DNA of 36,717 nucleotides from an uncultured archaeon (GCA_902385045.1 CABMDW010000108.1:1-36717); one strand, 5' to 3'; counted from the first letter of the stretch, positions 9,374-19,074 are shown. Program-made: numbers and translations. The notes: generated by a model not told the origin, from the sequence alone.

Positions 9374-9477
9374 TCTTTTTTAAAAATCAAACAGAATTTT
9401 GATTAGTAATAATATAATATTGACTAATTAAGTCTAGAGGAATTAAAAAAACTTTGCTCCAATAAGTTTATTAAAAA

Positions 9478-11748
9478 TTAATGAACAAAAAACTTTTGTA
9501 AAGGCTTCATTAGCTCGCTAACTTGCATCCAAACTAAAGCCCAAAGCCAAACTAGCAAGACTATTGAAAGAGGTATTTGAACCATCAAAAATCCAAATAA
9601 AGCGAAACAAGTAGCAACCAATTGAGTTATAGTAGTGGCAAGGAGTACTTGCATGCTTGGGAGATACTTGTACCATTTTTCAGAAGTATGGGCTACGTAA
9701 ATCAACATGTGACCCGATACAGTTAGTTTAAGAAAGAAGGCAGTCTGTATCAATGCAATATTCAAGTGTAAAATGTCCTTTAGAATAAAGAAAAATAACA
9801 CACTGTTAATAATTCCAACTACTCCAAAAAGACAACTCAATATTAGTCTGGCTTTAGCGTTTATTTTAGCGGGATTAGTTCCAATCTTAACATGATTATA
9901 TGCAAGCGAAACAATTGGTAGATCATTCAATATGGATAATAAGATCAATTGAATAGGGAGAAGAGGATAAGAACCAGTCATTAAACCTAAAATAACTATG
10001 GTTCCAATTAAACGGAAACTCTCAGAAATTCTATAAACTGAATAACTATAAAGTCTAGCAAAAATTTTCCTTGACTCTAGAATAGCGTCTCTGATAACAG
10101 ATATGCCTGAAGAAAGCAAAACTATATCTGCAGAACTTTTAACAGCATCTAATGCATTACTGACTGCAATCCCAATATTTGCAGCCTTTATAGCAGGCAA
10201 ATCATTAATCCCGTCTCCAGTCATAGCAACTACATGCTCACGCTTAGCAGTAGTTGCCAATTTTAATTTATCATCTGGAAGAACTTCTGCATAAATATCT
10301 TCTTCAGATAAACCAAGATCGTGACCTACTCTTTGAGCTATTGCAACATGGTCTCCAGTAACCATTTTGACTCTAACTCCATTATCTTTAAGAAAATCAA
10401 TAACATTTCTAGCATCAGCTCTTACAGGATCTGAAAGTAAAAGCAAGCCAGCTAAAGTCATGTTCGTATTATCAGCAGTTTTACTGAAAGCTACAGCAAG
10501 GGTTCTAAAACCAGTTTGAGCATAGATTTCTAAATCTTTTTCAAATCTTTTTTTAGTTTGATCATCAGTATTACAAAAACTTAAAATTACTTGAGGAGCA
10601 CCGACTGTTACGCTTATTTTATCATTCCCTAATTTTGCTATTGCGAAACTTCTTTTAGTCTTTGAATCAGCGGAGTTAAAATCTAGTATTTCATAACTAT
10701 TTTCCTGCTTGGTTTCAGTGTATTTTTTGATTATGCATTGACTAATAATACTACGAGAATCTTTTACTGAACTGAGAAAAGCATAGAATAAAACTTCTTG
10801 TTCCTTTGAAGAATAAGGAATTACCTTTTCAATCCCTATTTGATTAGTAGTGAGAGTTCCGGTTTTGTCAGTAAAAAGAATGTCAAATGTAGCTAAATCT
10901 TCAAGAGAAGACAAACGTCTTACTATAACGTTTTCAGATGAAAGTTTCAATACGCCTAAACTTATTATCAAAGTCATTACTGTAGGAAGAGCTATAGGAA
11001 TTCCAGCAATAGCTAAGCTTAGACCTAATTCCAAAATATCAGTAATGGGAGATCCTCGTAAAAAGAAAACAACTGCAACTATTACTATTCCTAATAAACT
11101 GACTATTGAAAGAAATTTTGCAATATCTAAAATATCTTTTTCTAAAACGCTTTTCTTTTCTATTTTTTCTACTGATTGTAAGGTTTTACCAAAATAAGTT
11201 TTAGAGCCGATAAATTCTACTGTAGCCTTGCAAAGACCAGTAACAACGAAAGAACCAGAATAAATTTTGTCATTATTCTTCTTTTCTTTAGGTAAAGATT
11301 CTCCGGTTAAAGTAGCATCACTAATGGTAAAATTTTCGCTCTCAACAACTTCAACGTCAGCAGGAACAATATCTCCCATAGCTAACTCTATAAAATCACC
11401 AGGAACTAAGTCTATAGAATTAACCCATATCCAAGAATTATCTCGAAAGACTTTAACATTAATTTGTAATTTTTCATTAAGCTTTTTTATTGCATTATCT
11501 GCTTTTCTTTCTTGCCAAAAGCTCAAACCAGAATTAACCATTAATAAAACTAGAATAAAGTAAAAATCAAACAATTTTCCAGAAATATAAGATAAAACTG
11601 CTGCAATAAGAAACATTATTTTGATAGGAGTAGGCTTGAATATTTTTAATATTATACTTGGTTTCCTTTCTTCAATCTTATTTTTACCGTATTCTTTACT
11701 TCTATCCTGAACTTCGCTGCTGGTAAGCCCTAGTGTTTTAGTTTCCAC
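9478..11748 (-). CDS. P-type cation-transporting ATPase, type IIIA (plasma-membrane H+-ATPase-like)
   Basis: It has TGES (LTGESLP), the phosphorylation site DKTGTLT, the hinge MTGDGINDLPAIKAANIGIAV, TM4 AGIPIALPTVMTLIISLG and TM6 LSILNDLPIVS. The two TM motifs resemble the plant/fungal/Methanocaldococcus H+-ATPase motifs IPIAMPTV and ILNDG. Confidence 0.85.
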   Translation of the reverse strand: METKTLGLTSSEVQDRSKEYGKNKIEERKPSIILKIFKPTPIKIMFLIAAVLSYISGKLFDFYFILVLLMVNSGLSFWQERKADNAIKKLNEKLQINVKVFRDNSWIWVNSIDLVPGDFIELAMGDIVPADVEVVESENFTISDATLTGESLPKEKKNNDKIYSGSFVVTGLCKATVEFIGSKTYFGKTLQSVEKIEKKSVLEKDILDIAKFLSIVSLLGIVIVAVVFFLRGSPITDILELGLSLAIAGIPIALPTVMTLIISLGVLKLSSENVIVRRLSSLEDLATFDILFTDKTGTLTTNQIGIEKVIPYSSKEQEVLFYAFLSSVKDSRSIISQCIIKKYTETKQENSYEILDFNSADSKTKRSFAIAKLGNDKISVTVGAPQVILSFCNTDDQTKKRFEKDLEIYAQTGFRTLAVAFSKTADNTNMTLAGLLLLSDPVRADARNVIDFLKDNGVRVKMVTGDHVAIAQRVGHDLGLSEEDIYAEVLPDDKLKLATTAKREHVVAMTGDGINDLPAIKAANIGIAVSNALDAVKSSADIVLLSSGISVIRDAILESRKIFARLYSYSVYRISESFRLIGTIVILGLMTGSYPLLPIQLILLSILNDLPIVSLAYNHVKIGTNPAKINAKARLILSCLFGVVGIINSVLFFFILKDILHLNIALIQTAFFLKLTVSGHMLIYVAHTSEKWYKYLPSMQVLLATTITQLVATCFALFGFLMVQIPLSIVLLVWLWALVWMQVSELMKPLQKFFVH

Positions 11749-11807
11749 AGTAGTTACAAAATTTTAATGCTTATAAATGTTTCTTGAAATTAGAAGCTAT
11801 CTAAAAA

Positions 11808-12434
11808 TTATTTTAAAGATGCTAAAATGTTAGTGATTGCCTTTGAAGAAAGTTCTCCGATGCCACTAGTTATGAAGCTAATTGCAACTGCAGTAAGTAA
11901 TAAGCCCATAACTCTCGAAAGTATGTCAAGAGTATCTTTTCCAAGAGTATTTTGCAACCATGCAGCTTGTCTCAATAAAACATAAGTTAAAAATAAGGAA
12001 AGAAAACCTGCAAACAATGTCACCAAAATCCCATAACTAGCTACTGAAAGAATGGTAATAGTAATAACACCAGGACCAGTAATCAAAGGAACACCAATAA
12101 TTATTGCAGAAGCACTAGGATCTTTTGAATCCTTGTCTCCAAAATCCAAATTTAATACCAATTCAATTCCTAAAAGAACCAAAATAATTCCTCCAGCAAT
12201 CTTAAAATCAGAAATAGTTATTCCAAACCAACCGAAAATAAAAGTTCCAGCAAAAGCAAAAAGAAGAATGGGAATAGCAGCAACAATAATAGCCTTATTG
12301 GCAGCAGCTATTTTATCAAGATTAGTAAACTTTTTTGTTACTGAAAGGAATGCGGGAATACTGACAAACGGATCCATAATAACAAAGAACTGGATAAACG
12401 TTTCAAGAAAACCGGTCCAAGAAAAATCAACCAT
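11808..12434 (-). CDS. MarC family (UPF0056) integral membrane protein
   Basis: 208 aa and about 6 TM. It has FFVIMDPFVSIPAFLS and FKIAGGIILVLLGIELV, as in the MarC family. Confidence 0.7.
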   Translation of the reverse strand: MVDFSWTGFLETFIQFFVIMDPFVSIPAFLSVTKKFTNLDKIAAANKAIIVAAIPILLFAFAGTFIFGWFGITISDFKIAGGIILVLLGIELVLNLDFGDKDSKDPSASAIIIGVPLITGPGVITITILSVASYGILVTLFAGFLSLFLTYVLLRQAAWLQNTLGKDTLDILSRVMGLLLTAVAISFITSGIGELSSKAITNILASLK

Positions 12435-12455
12435 ACTGCAATAATAAAAAACTTA

Positions 12456-12989
12456 ATGCTTATAATGATTGACATGAAAGAAATAATACTCTCAAAAAGA
12501 GCTGTAAAAAGAATTACTACTGATAGACTTAAGGAAGTAGAACACGAATTAAGCGTAAAAATAAAAAGAGAAGGAGAATTCTTTGAAATAGATGGAGAGG
12601 CTATTAATGAATGGATTGCTGAAAACGTTTTACAAGCCATTGGAATGGGATTTCTACTGAAAGATGCTTTGAAACTCAAGAATGACGAGTATTACTTGGA
12701 AAAGAGCAGCATTTCAGAATACTTTGGAAATAAAGAAAAACTAGTCAAAAGATATTCTGCAAGATTGATTGGAAGAAATGGAACAGTCAAAAAAAATATT
12801 GAAAGCTTGACTGATGTTAAGATAATAGTAGACGATGAAGAAGATGAACTAGGATTGATTGGAACCTATGAAGACTTGAAAGTAACCAAAAAAGCAATTC
12901 AAATGATTTTCGAGGGACTAAATCACGCAACAGTATTCAAATTCCTAGAAAGAAAAAGGGAAGCTAACAAATTCGCTAATTTAAGATAA
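12456..12989 (+). CDS. KH-domain RNA-binding protein (archaeal Dim2/Pno1-like)
   Basis: 177 aa. A KH GxxG-type motif is present (ARLIGRNGTVKKNIESLTDVKIIV), and an earlier degenerate KH-like segment precedes it. The true start may be the internal Met at 12474. Confidence 0.6.
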   Translation: MLIMIDMKEIILSKRAVKRITTDRLKEVEHELSVKIKREGEFFEIDGEAINEWIAENVLQAIGMGFLLKDALKLKNDEYYLEKSSISEYFGNKEKLVKRYSARLIGRNGTVKKNIESLTDVKIIVDDEEDELGLIGTYEDLKVTKKAIQMIFEGLNHATVFKFLERKREANKFANLR

Positions 12990-13010
12990 AAAAATAAAAT
13001 TAAAAAAGAA

Positions 13011-14984
13011 TTACAGCAAGTGTAATCCATACATTAAGATTGCACTTGCAAATACTAGTGAGATAGTATTCAATACTTTGATCAAAGAATTCAAAGCTGG
13101 ACCAGCAGTATCTTTGAAAGGATCTCCTACAGTGTCTCCTACTACTGCTGCCTTGTGAGTATCACTTCCTTTTCCTCCAAAACTTCCTTGTTCAATGTAC
13201 TTCTTTGCATTATCCCATGCTGCTCCACTTGTTGACATCATTAACGCTAGTAAGAATCCGCTTACTATTGATCCTGCTAGTAATCCTCCCAATGCTTGTG
13301 GACCTAAAATGAATCCTACTAATAATGGAGTTAATACTGCAAGTATTCCTGGAATTAATAATTGTGATAACGATGCTTTAGTGCAAATGTCAACACATTT
13401 TGCGTAATCTGGTTTTGCTTTTCCAGCCATTAATCCTTTGATTGTCTTGAATTGTCTTCGTACTTCTTCTACTATTGAAAAAGCGGCTGTTCCCACTGCT
13501 TTCATTAAGAATGAAGCGAAGATGAATGGAAGCATTCCTCCAATGAATAATCCAACTACTACTCCAGGAGTTAACAGGTTGAATACAGTTACGTGTGTTG
13601 CTTCAGCGAATGCAGCAAATAATGCTAGTGCACCTAGTGCTGCTCCTGCGATTGCAAATCCTTTTGTAGTTGCTTTAGTAGTGTTTCCTACTGCATCTAA
13701 TTCGTCAGTAATTTTTCTAACACTTTGAGGCAATCCTGACATTTCAGCAATTCCTCCTGCGTTGTCAGTGATTGGACCATAAGCATCTAATGCAATTACT
13801 ATTCCAGTCATTGAAAGCATTGCAACTGCAGCTAATGCAATTCCATATAATCCAGCCAAATTATAACTTAGAATTATTGCTCCAATGATTAGCAAGACAG
13901 GTAATGCAGTGCTTTGTAATCCTACTGCTAGTCCTTGTATCAAGTTTGTTCCTGCTCCAGTTTTTGAAGCATTTGCAATACTTTTAACTGGATAGAATTC
14001 TTTTGCAGTATAGTATTCTGTTATTTTGAAAATCAAGATTGTAACTAAAACTCCTACTAAAGTAGTGTAAAATAATTTTGAATCTCCTGCAGTTACTAAG
14101 TAGAAACCTCCAATTGCGAATAAAGCAGTAGCCCATAATCCTTTATACAAAGCTTTCATGATCGACTTGTCCCTTCCTACTTTCACAAAGTTCAATCCGA
14201 TGATTGTAGCTAATGCTCCAACTGAAGCTACTAGTAAAGGTAAGAAAACATATTCGGTTCCTAAAGCCGTTCCTAAAAGCATTGCTGATAAAACAGTTAC
14301 TCCATAAGATTCAAACAAGTCTGCAGCCATTCCAGCACAATCTCCCACATTATCTCCGACATTGTCAGCTATTACTGCAGGATTTCTTGGATCATCTTCA
14401 GGAATATTCTTTTCAACCTTTCCAACTAAGTCAGCTCCAACATCCGCCGCCTTAGTATAAATTCCTCCTCCAACTCTAGCGAATAATGAAATTAATGAAG
14501 CTCCAAAACCAAATCCAATGATAACAGTAACACTGTTAAACATCCAAAATAAAATGCTCAAAGCTACTAAGCATAATCCAACTAGCATTAATCCGGTGAC
14601 ACTTCCTCCTTTGAAGGCAACTCCTAAAGCATCATGTAATCCATTCTTTGCTGCTTCAGCAGTTCTAACATTAGCTCTTACTGAAACCATCATTCCAATG
14701 AATCCAGCTAGGCCAGAAGTAATTACTCCGACTAAGAATGCAATTCCTACATTCCAATTAATGAAGTATCCTACGGCTAAAAATAATAAAATCAAGTAAG
14801 GTAGTAAAGTTTTGTATTGTCTTAACAAGAAAGCAGTAGCTCCTTGCTTAATTGCCATGGAAATATCTTGCATTTTAGCATTTCCAGAACTCTTTTTCAT
14901 TACGTGTACAATCAAGTAAACAGCAAAAATTAGTGTAATAATCCCACTAAGGAAAGCAACCCATACTGTATCTAACAAATCCAA
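13011..14984 (-). CDS. hppA: membrane-bound proton-translocating pyrophosphatase, K+-independent-type signature
   Basis: 657 aa. It has GDNVGDCAGMAADLFESY, DAYGPITDNAGG and VGDTVGDPFKDTAGPALN. It also has GNTTKATTKG, with Lys/Thr at the positions that are Ala/Ala in K+-dependent enzymes. Confidence 0.93.
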   Translation of the reverse strand: MDLLDTVWVAFLSGIITLIFAVYLIVHVMKKSSGNAKMQDISMAIKQGATAFLLRQYKTLLPYLILLFLAVGYFINWNVGIAFLVGVITSGLAGFIGMMVSVRANVRTAEAAKNGLHDALGVAFKGGSVTGLMLVGLCLVALSILFWMFNSVTVIIGFGFGASLISLFARVGGGIYTKAADVGADLVGKVEKNIPEDDPRNPAVIADNVGDNVGDCAGMAADLFESYGVTVLSAMLLGTALGTEYVFLPLLVASVGALATIIGLNFVKVGRDKSIMKALYKGLWATALFAIGGFYLVTAGDSKLFYTTLVGVLVTILIFKITEYYTAKEFYPVKSIANASKTGAGTNLIQGLAVGLQSTALPVLLIIGAIILSYNLAGLYGIALAAVAMLSMTGIVIALDAYGPITDNAGGIAEMSGLPQSVRKITDELDAVGNTTKATTKGFAIAGAALGALALFAAFAEATHVTVFNLLTPGVVVGLFIGGMLPFIFASFLMKAVGTAAFSIVEEVRRQFKTIKGLMAGKAKPDYAKCVDICTKASLSQLLIPGILAVLTPLLVGFILGPQALGGLLAGSIVSGFLLALMMSTSGAAWDNAKKYIEQGSFGGKGSDTHKAAVVGDTVGDPFKDTAGPALNSLIKVLNTISLVFASAILMYGLHLL

Positions 14985-15060
14985 CCACCAAATTTAATTT
15001 TAAAAATACAAAAATAATTTACTGAAACAATCTTTTAAAAGATAATTGTTTGAAAGGAAA

Positions 15061-15630
15061 TTAAATTACGGATAAAATAAAGGCAATTAACAGAAAATGC
15101 AGGGTTCTTCCCACTATTACTCCAACTAAAAACCTCCACGAATCCATATCAAACAATCCTGCGAAAAAACAAACCACGTCAAAAACTGCCGCAAAAGGAA
15201 TTATGCCTATAAGTAACACTGCATAGTCTCCATAATCTTCAAAATAGCGTTTTATAGTTACAAAGAACCTGTGACCCGTAAATTTTTGCACTTTTTCTTT
15301 TAAACTCCAGGCAATCCAAAAACTGGCTACAGACCCAATTGTAGAAGCTAAAATAGATAATCCAATGAGAGACCATTTCTGTGAGTAAAAAGAAAAAGCA
15401 GTTATGAATACGGCGTCAATGGGAAAGGGAACAGGAAGAGAACCAAAGGTCATTACTGAAAAATAACCGAAAAGCCCATGGCCTTCTAAATAACTTTTTA
15501 AGTCAGCTTTAACGTTTGGAAAAAAAGCAAAAAGTAGGAAGAGGACGATCAGAGAACCTACTAGTAAAAGGAACCCCCAACCAACATCGCTTGCTAAAGT
15601 TTTATTCTTTTTGACAAACTCCTTTAGCAT
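15061..15630 (-). CDS. DedA/TVP38-TMEM64 (VTT domain) family membrane protein
   Basis: 189 aa and polytopic. GSLPVPFPIDAVFI and LIGIIPFAAVFDVVCFFAGLF resemble the VTT/SNARE-associated domain. Confidence 0.55.
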   Translation of the reverse strand: MLKEFVKKNKTLASDVGWGFLLLVGSLIVLFLLFAFFPNVKADLKSYLEGHGLFGYFSVMTFGSLPVPFPIDAVFITAFSFYSQKWSLIGLSILASTIGSVASFWIAWSLKEKVQKFTGHRFFVTIKRYFEDYGDYAVLLIGIIPFAAVFDVVCFFAGLFDMDSWRFLVGVIVGRTLHFLLIAFILSVI

Positions 15631-15686
15631 GTATTTAAATGGAATTTATAATTGAAAAGCCTTTGTCGTAAACAAATACGACAGGA

Positions 15687-16409
15687 TTAAAGTTTCTTGG
15701 AAAGTGTTGAAAAGTAGTGTGAAGCTTCGGTTAAACTTTGAATTGTTCCGACATCACTCCAGTAATTTTCTATTATCGAATAGCTTAATTGATTTTGTAA
15801 AGCCAAATGAGAAAACAAGTCGGTGATTTCATACTCTCCTCTTTCTGAAGGAGTTATTTTCTTAATGTAGTCAAAAACGCTGGAATCTAGAAAATAAAGT
15901 CCAGTTATTGCCAAATTGCTTTTAGGAGCCTTGGGTTTTTCAACTATTTTCAAAATCTTGTTTCCATTTACTTCAGCAACTCCGTACCGTGACGGATCTG
16001 AAACTTTCTTTAAAAAAAGCATTCCATTAAACTTAGATTTTTTAAAAGAATCTAATTCTTTCTTAAAACAATCTTGAAAAACATTATCTCCAGCCATTAC
16101 TACGAATTTATCTCCGTTAACAAAACGTTCCGCTTGAAGTACTGCATTAGCAGTTCCTTTTCTTTCGTTTTGAACTACATAAGAAGCTTTGACTCCCCAA
16201 TCACTACCATCGCCAATTAATTTTATTATTCCTTCACAATTATCTCTTCCGATTACAACTAAAACTTGAGTTACTCCAGAACATACTAAAGTATTCAAAG
16301 CATGTAAGATCATTGGCTTGTCATAAACAGGAACTAACATTTTACTAGTTGCAAGGGTTAACGGTTTCAAACGAGTTCCCAACCCAGCTGCAAGTAAAAC
16401 GCCTTTCAT
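15687..16409 (-). CDS. sugar-1-phosphate nucleotidylyltransferase (RmlA/GlmU-N-like, e.g. glucose-1-phosphate thymidylyl/uridylyltransferase)
   Basis: The N-terminus is MKGVLLAAGLGTRLKPLTLATSKMLVPVYDKPMI (G-x-G-T-R signature). At 240 aa it is the short form without a left-handed beta-helix domain. Confidence 0.85.
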   Translation of the reverse strand: MKGVLLAAGLGTRLKPLTLATSKMLVPVYDKPMILHALNTLVCSGVTQVLVVIGRDNCEGIIKLIGDGSDWGVKASYVVQNERKGTANAVLQAERFVNGDKFVVMAGDNVFQDCFKKELDSFKKSKFNGMLFLKKVSDPSRYGVAEVNGNKILKIVEKPKAPKSNLAITGLYFLDSSVFDYIKKITPSERGEYEITDLFSHLALQNQLSYSIIENYWSDVGTIQSLTEASHYFSTLSKKL

Positions 16410-16457
16410 AACAAGTAAGAAATACTAAGGACCTTAAAATAATTTCTGGTAAAACAA

Positions 16458-16886
16458 ATGTTTGAAGAAAAACTTAAAGAGAGATTTGACTTGGCTACTA
16501 GTGTCACTTTTCAAGAATCTAAAAACATTTCAGTCTACAATTGGTTTTATTATAAAGAAGGATTTTCACCGAGACTAGTGAAAACATTCGTAAGAGAATA
16601 TTCTCTTGAAGGATTAGGTTTAGATGTTTTTTGTGGAACCGGAACCACTAATTTGGCATTATGTGAAATGGGTTTGAAAAATGTTGGGTTTGACTTCAAT
16701 CCATTACTAGCACTTGTAGCAGAAGTTAAAACTACAGAATTTGATTACGATAAAACAAGTTTACTAATTAAAAAAGTGATAAACGAAAAACCTAAAATTG
16801 ACTTTAATTGGAAGACGCAATTAGTTGAAGAAACAAAATACTTTACAAAACAAAATTACGATGAAATACTTGAATTGAGAGAATAA
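16458..16886 (+). CDS. amino-methyltransferase (N4-C/N6-A type), N-terminal fragment carrying SAM-binding motif I
   Basis: It carries LDVFCGTGTTNLA (FxGxG motif I). It ends at the TAA at 16884-16886, and the next ORF continues in the same reading frame. Confidence 0.65.
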   Translation: MFEEKLKERFDLATSVTFQESKNISVYNWFYYKEGFSPRLVKTFVREYSLEGLGLDVFCGTGTTNLALCEMGLKNVGFDFNPLLALVAEVKTTEFDYDKTSLLIKKVINEKPKIDFNWKTQLVEETKYFTKQNYDEILELRE

Positions 16887-16907
16887 ATATTCTCTCTTGA
16901 TGAAGGA

Positions 16908-17612
16908 ATGGAAAAAAACTTTCTAAAAGTGGTACTAGCGTCAATGATAACTCCTTGCTCTTTCATTCACAAAGACGGAGGAGTGTTGAAAATAGAAAAG
17001 AGAAGCGTTCCTCCAGCTAAAAAATACTTTGAAAGAAAAGCAAAAGAAATGTTAAAAGAAGCCAAAAAAAGAATTCTTAAAGCTGAAAGCCAAATATTTC
17101 AAGTAGATTCCCGAGATTTTGAATTAAATAAAAAAGTAGATTTCATTATAACCAGCCCGCCTTACTTGAACAATGTAGACTATTCAAAAGTTTACGCTTT
17201 TGAAACCTCGCTAATATTTCCAAAAGAGTACCATGAATTCAGCAAAAATACTTTGAGAAGTCACGCTTTCTCTTCAGACAAAGACAATGAAGAATTTGAC
17301 TTGGATCAAATAAAGAAATTACTTGAAACAGACAGGGTTCCGCTTCAAGCCTTAAATTACTTAAGCGATTTAAAGAAAGTGATTAAGAATTGCTATAAGT
17401 ATACTAACAAAAATGCGAAAATATTTTTCAACGTAGCAAATGGCGTTTATGAAGAATCAAGACTAACTCTAGATAATGCACTAGCATTCCTAATGGAAGA
17501 AGAAGGTTTTGAAATTAATGAAATACTAGTCGCTAGAAAAATTCCTGTTTACTTGAAATCAGGAAATCGATTTACAACTAGAGAAAGCATAGTAGTAGCA
17601 GAAAAAAATTGA
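16908..17612 (+). CDS. amino-methyltransferase, C-terminal fragment carrying catalytic motif IV (SPPY)
   Basis: It carries FIITSPPYLNNVDYSKVY (motif IV, S/D/N-PP-Y). It is in the same frame as 16458..16886, separated only by a TAA plus 7 sense codons. Confidence 0.65.
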   Translation: MEKNFLKVVLASMITPCSFIHKDGGVLKIEKRSVPPAKKYFERKAKEMLKEAKKRILKAESQIFQVDSRDFELNKKVDFIITSPPYLNNVDYSKVYAFETSLIFPKEYHEFSKNTLRSHAFSSDKDNEEFDLDQIKKLLETDRVPLQALNYLSDLKKVIKNCYKYTNKNAKIFFNVANGVYEESRLTLDNALAFLMEEEGFEINEILVARKIPVYLKSGNRFTTRESIVVAEKN

Positions 17613-17624
17613 AAATAAAAAAAC

Positions 17625-18203
17625 TTATTCAAAATCTGCAGGTTGCTTGGCGAATTCTATTCCTTTTAATTCACAGTAAACTTTAGCCAATCCCCAGAAA
17701 ATTAAGGACAATGCCTTTCTTCCCTTGTTGTTAGTAGGAATTACAGCATCAACAAACTGTAAAGAATTATTAGTATCACACAATGCAATGACTGGAACAT
17801 TAATTTCAAAAGCTTCTTTCAAAGCCTGTTTGTCAACAGAAGGATCGGATAGAATAACCAAAGTAGGTTCTACAAAATCAGCTCTTGAAGGATTAGTAAA
17901 TCTACCTGGAGTAAATCTTCCAGCTATTACATTAGCTCCAATAACTTGACAAAAAGTCTTTATTGGTCTAATTGAATTGTCTTTCGAACCAATAACATAA
18001 ATGCCGCTAGCATCAAATTCTGAAAGCATTTTTGCCGCATTTCTTAAGCAGTCATCAGTTTTCTTTAGATCTAAGACGTGCAATCCGTCTTCTCTTGCCT
18101 TGTAAATATATGGTCTCATTGAACCGTGCTTTGTTTTGGTTCCAATGTGGACTCCTGCTTCTAATAATTTATCTTGTGGAATTACAAACTCTTGTTGACT
18201 CAT
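17625..18203 (-). CDS. rps2: 30S ribosomal protein S2 (uS2)
   Basis: 192 aa. LLEAGVHIGTKTKHGSMRPYIYKAREDGLHVLDLKKT is typical of archaeal uS2. Confidence 0.92.
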   Translation of the reverse strand: MSQQEFVIPQDKLLEAGVHIGTKTKHGSMRPYIYKAREDGLHVLDLKKTDDCLRNAAKMLSEFDASGIYVIGSKDNSIRPIKTFCQVIGANVIAGRFTPGRFTNPSRADFVEPTLVILSDPSVDKQALKEAFEINVPVIALCDTNNSLQFVDAVIPTNNKGRKALSLIFWGLAKVYCELKGIEFAKQPADFE

Positions 18204-18368
18204 TTAAAACACCTAAAAACCAGTTAGATTAATACTGTCTGGTTCGACTAGTAACAAATTCTTGAAACGTTAAGAAAACGGTTCAGTTGATTCGTTCCAG
18301 AAAAACTATGAAGAAAGTAGTTTAAAAACACAGTCATAAAAACAATTACTAACATATTTCTTACATCT

Positions 18369-18454
18369 GGAGGGGTAGCAAAGCCTGGTCAAATGCGCAG
18401 GGCTTAGAACTCTGTTACTTCGTGTATTCCTGGGTTCAAATCACAGCCCCTCCA
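18369..18454 (+). tRNA. tRNA-Leu (anticodon UAG), class II with long variable arm
   Basis: The acceptor stem is GGAGGGG/CCCCTCC with discriminator A. The D-arm is GCAAAGCCTGGTCAAATGC. The anticodon stem is CAGGG/CTCTG with loop CTTAGAA. The variable arm is TAC-TTCGT-GTA. The T-arm is CTGGG-TTCAAAT-CACAG with one G.A mismatch. No CCA is encoded. Confidence 0.85.
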
Positions 18455-18461
18455 CTAAAAC

Positions 18462-19016
18462 TTGCATTCAAAGAAAATCATTTTAAGCAATGAAGCCCTA
18501 ATTCGTCACGTGACACACAGAATTCTTGAAGCTGCTTTATTTTTAGCTAACAGACCTTTAACTAGAGAGGAATTAAGTAAAATTCTTCCTGGACAAAATA
18601 TAGATCAACTAGTTAATACGTTAAATCAATCTCTAGAAAATTCTTCTTTGGAAGTAATTTACGATGGAGATTCTGCCAGACTTCAAGTCAAACAAGAATT
18701 CTTGCCTAAAATTAAGGATTTGAGCAAAGGACCAGAACTAACTAGAAAAGGCATGAAAATTCTTGCGTTAATAGCTTCTAAAAAACAATTACTTCAGAAA
18801 GACTTGAAAAAATATTTCAGAGGAACATCTTACGATTACATTCACGAACTAGTAGAATTAGGATACTTGGAAAAACACAAGGACGGAAACAGTTGGTTGT
18901 TAAAACCTACGAAGAAATTTGAAGAACAATTTCAATTAGTACTCAAAAATGCTTCCGTTCCTAATACGAATTTAACTCAATTCTCTGAAAAAGAAGAAAC
19001 AGACTCTGACGAATAG
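18462..19016 (+). CDS. scpB: segregation and condensation protein B (ScpB)-like
   Basis: ILEAALFLANRPLTREELSKIL matches the ScpB N-terminal winged-helix signature. There is a second WH-like half and an acidic tail. The track start is a TTG, and no in-frame ATG lies nearby. Confidence 0.7.
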   Translation: MHSKKIILSNEALIRHVTHRILEAALFLANRPLTREELSKILPGQNIDQLVNTLNQSLENSSLEVIYDGDSARLQVKQEFLPKIKDLSKGPELTRKGMKILALIASKKQLLQKDLKKYFRGTSYDYIHELVELGYLEKHKDGNSWLLKPTKKFEEQFQLVLKNASVPNTNLTQFSEKEETDSDE

Positions 19017-19074
19017 GATAACTTAATAATTTCAGAAAGCCAATAATATTTATTCAAACAAGGTGTTTTAAAAA

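Noticed and set aside
10103-14799. Plus-strand ORFs inside the P-type ATPase, MarC and H+-PPase genes (10103-10294, 10850-11197, 11267-11563, 12052-12444, 13195-13407, 13438-13728, 14213-14455, 14518-14799), and the minus-strand ORF 12338-12679 that overlaps the KH gene.
   Set aside because: These are antisense to unambiguous conserved genes. Their peptides are dominated by the reverse-complement codon bias of membrane proteins (S/P/K/I/N-rich), and no independent start signals are present.
15664-15683. Hairpin TGTCGTA-aacaaa-TACGACA immediately after the stop of the nucleotidyltransferase gene, considered as a possible terminator.
   Set aside because: It is only a 7-bp stem. Archaeal termination mainly relies on T-tracts, and the next gene starts about 35 nt further on. 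The evidence is too weak to call a terminator or riboswitch.
18204-18368. 165-bp non-coding spacer between rps2 and tRNA-Leu, examined for a C/D-box sRNA or other ncRNA.
   Set aside because: No clear C (RUGAUGA) / D (CUGA) box pair is present on either strand, and only a weak 5-bp hairpin (ACCAG...CTGGT) was found. TATA-like TTTAAAAA and ATAAAAA elements upstream of the tRNA explain part of the spacer.
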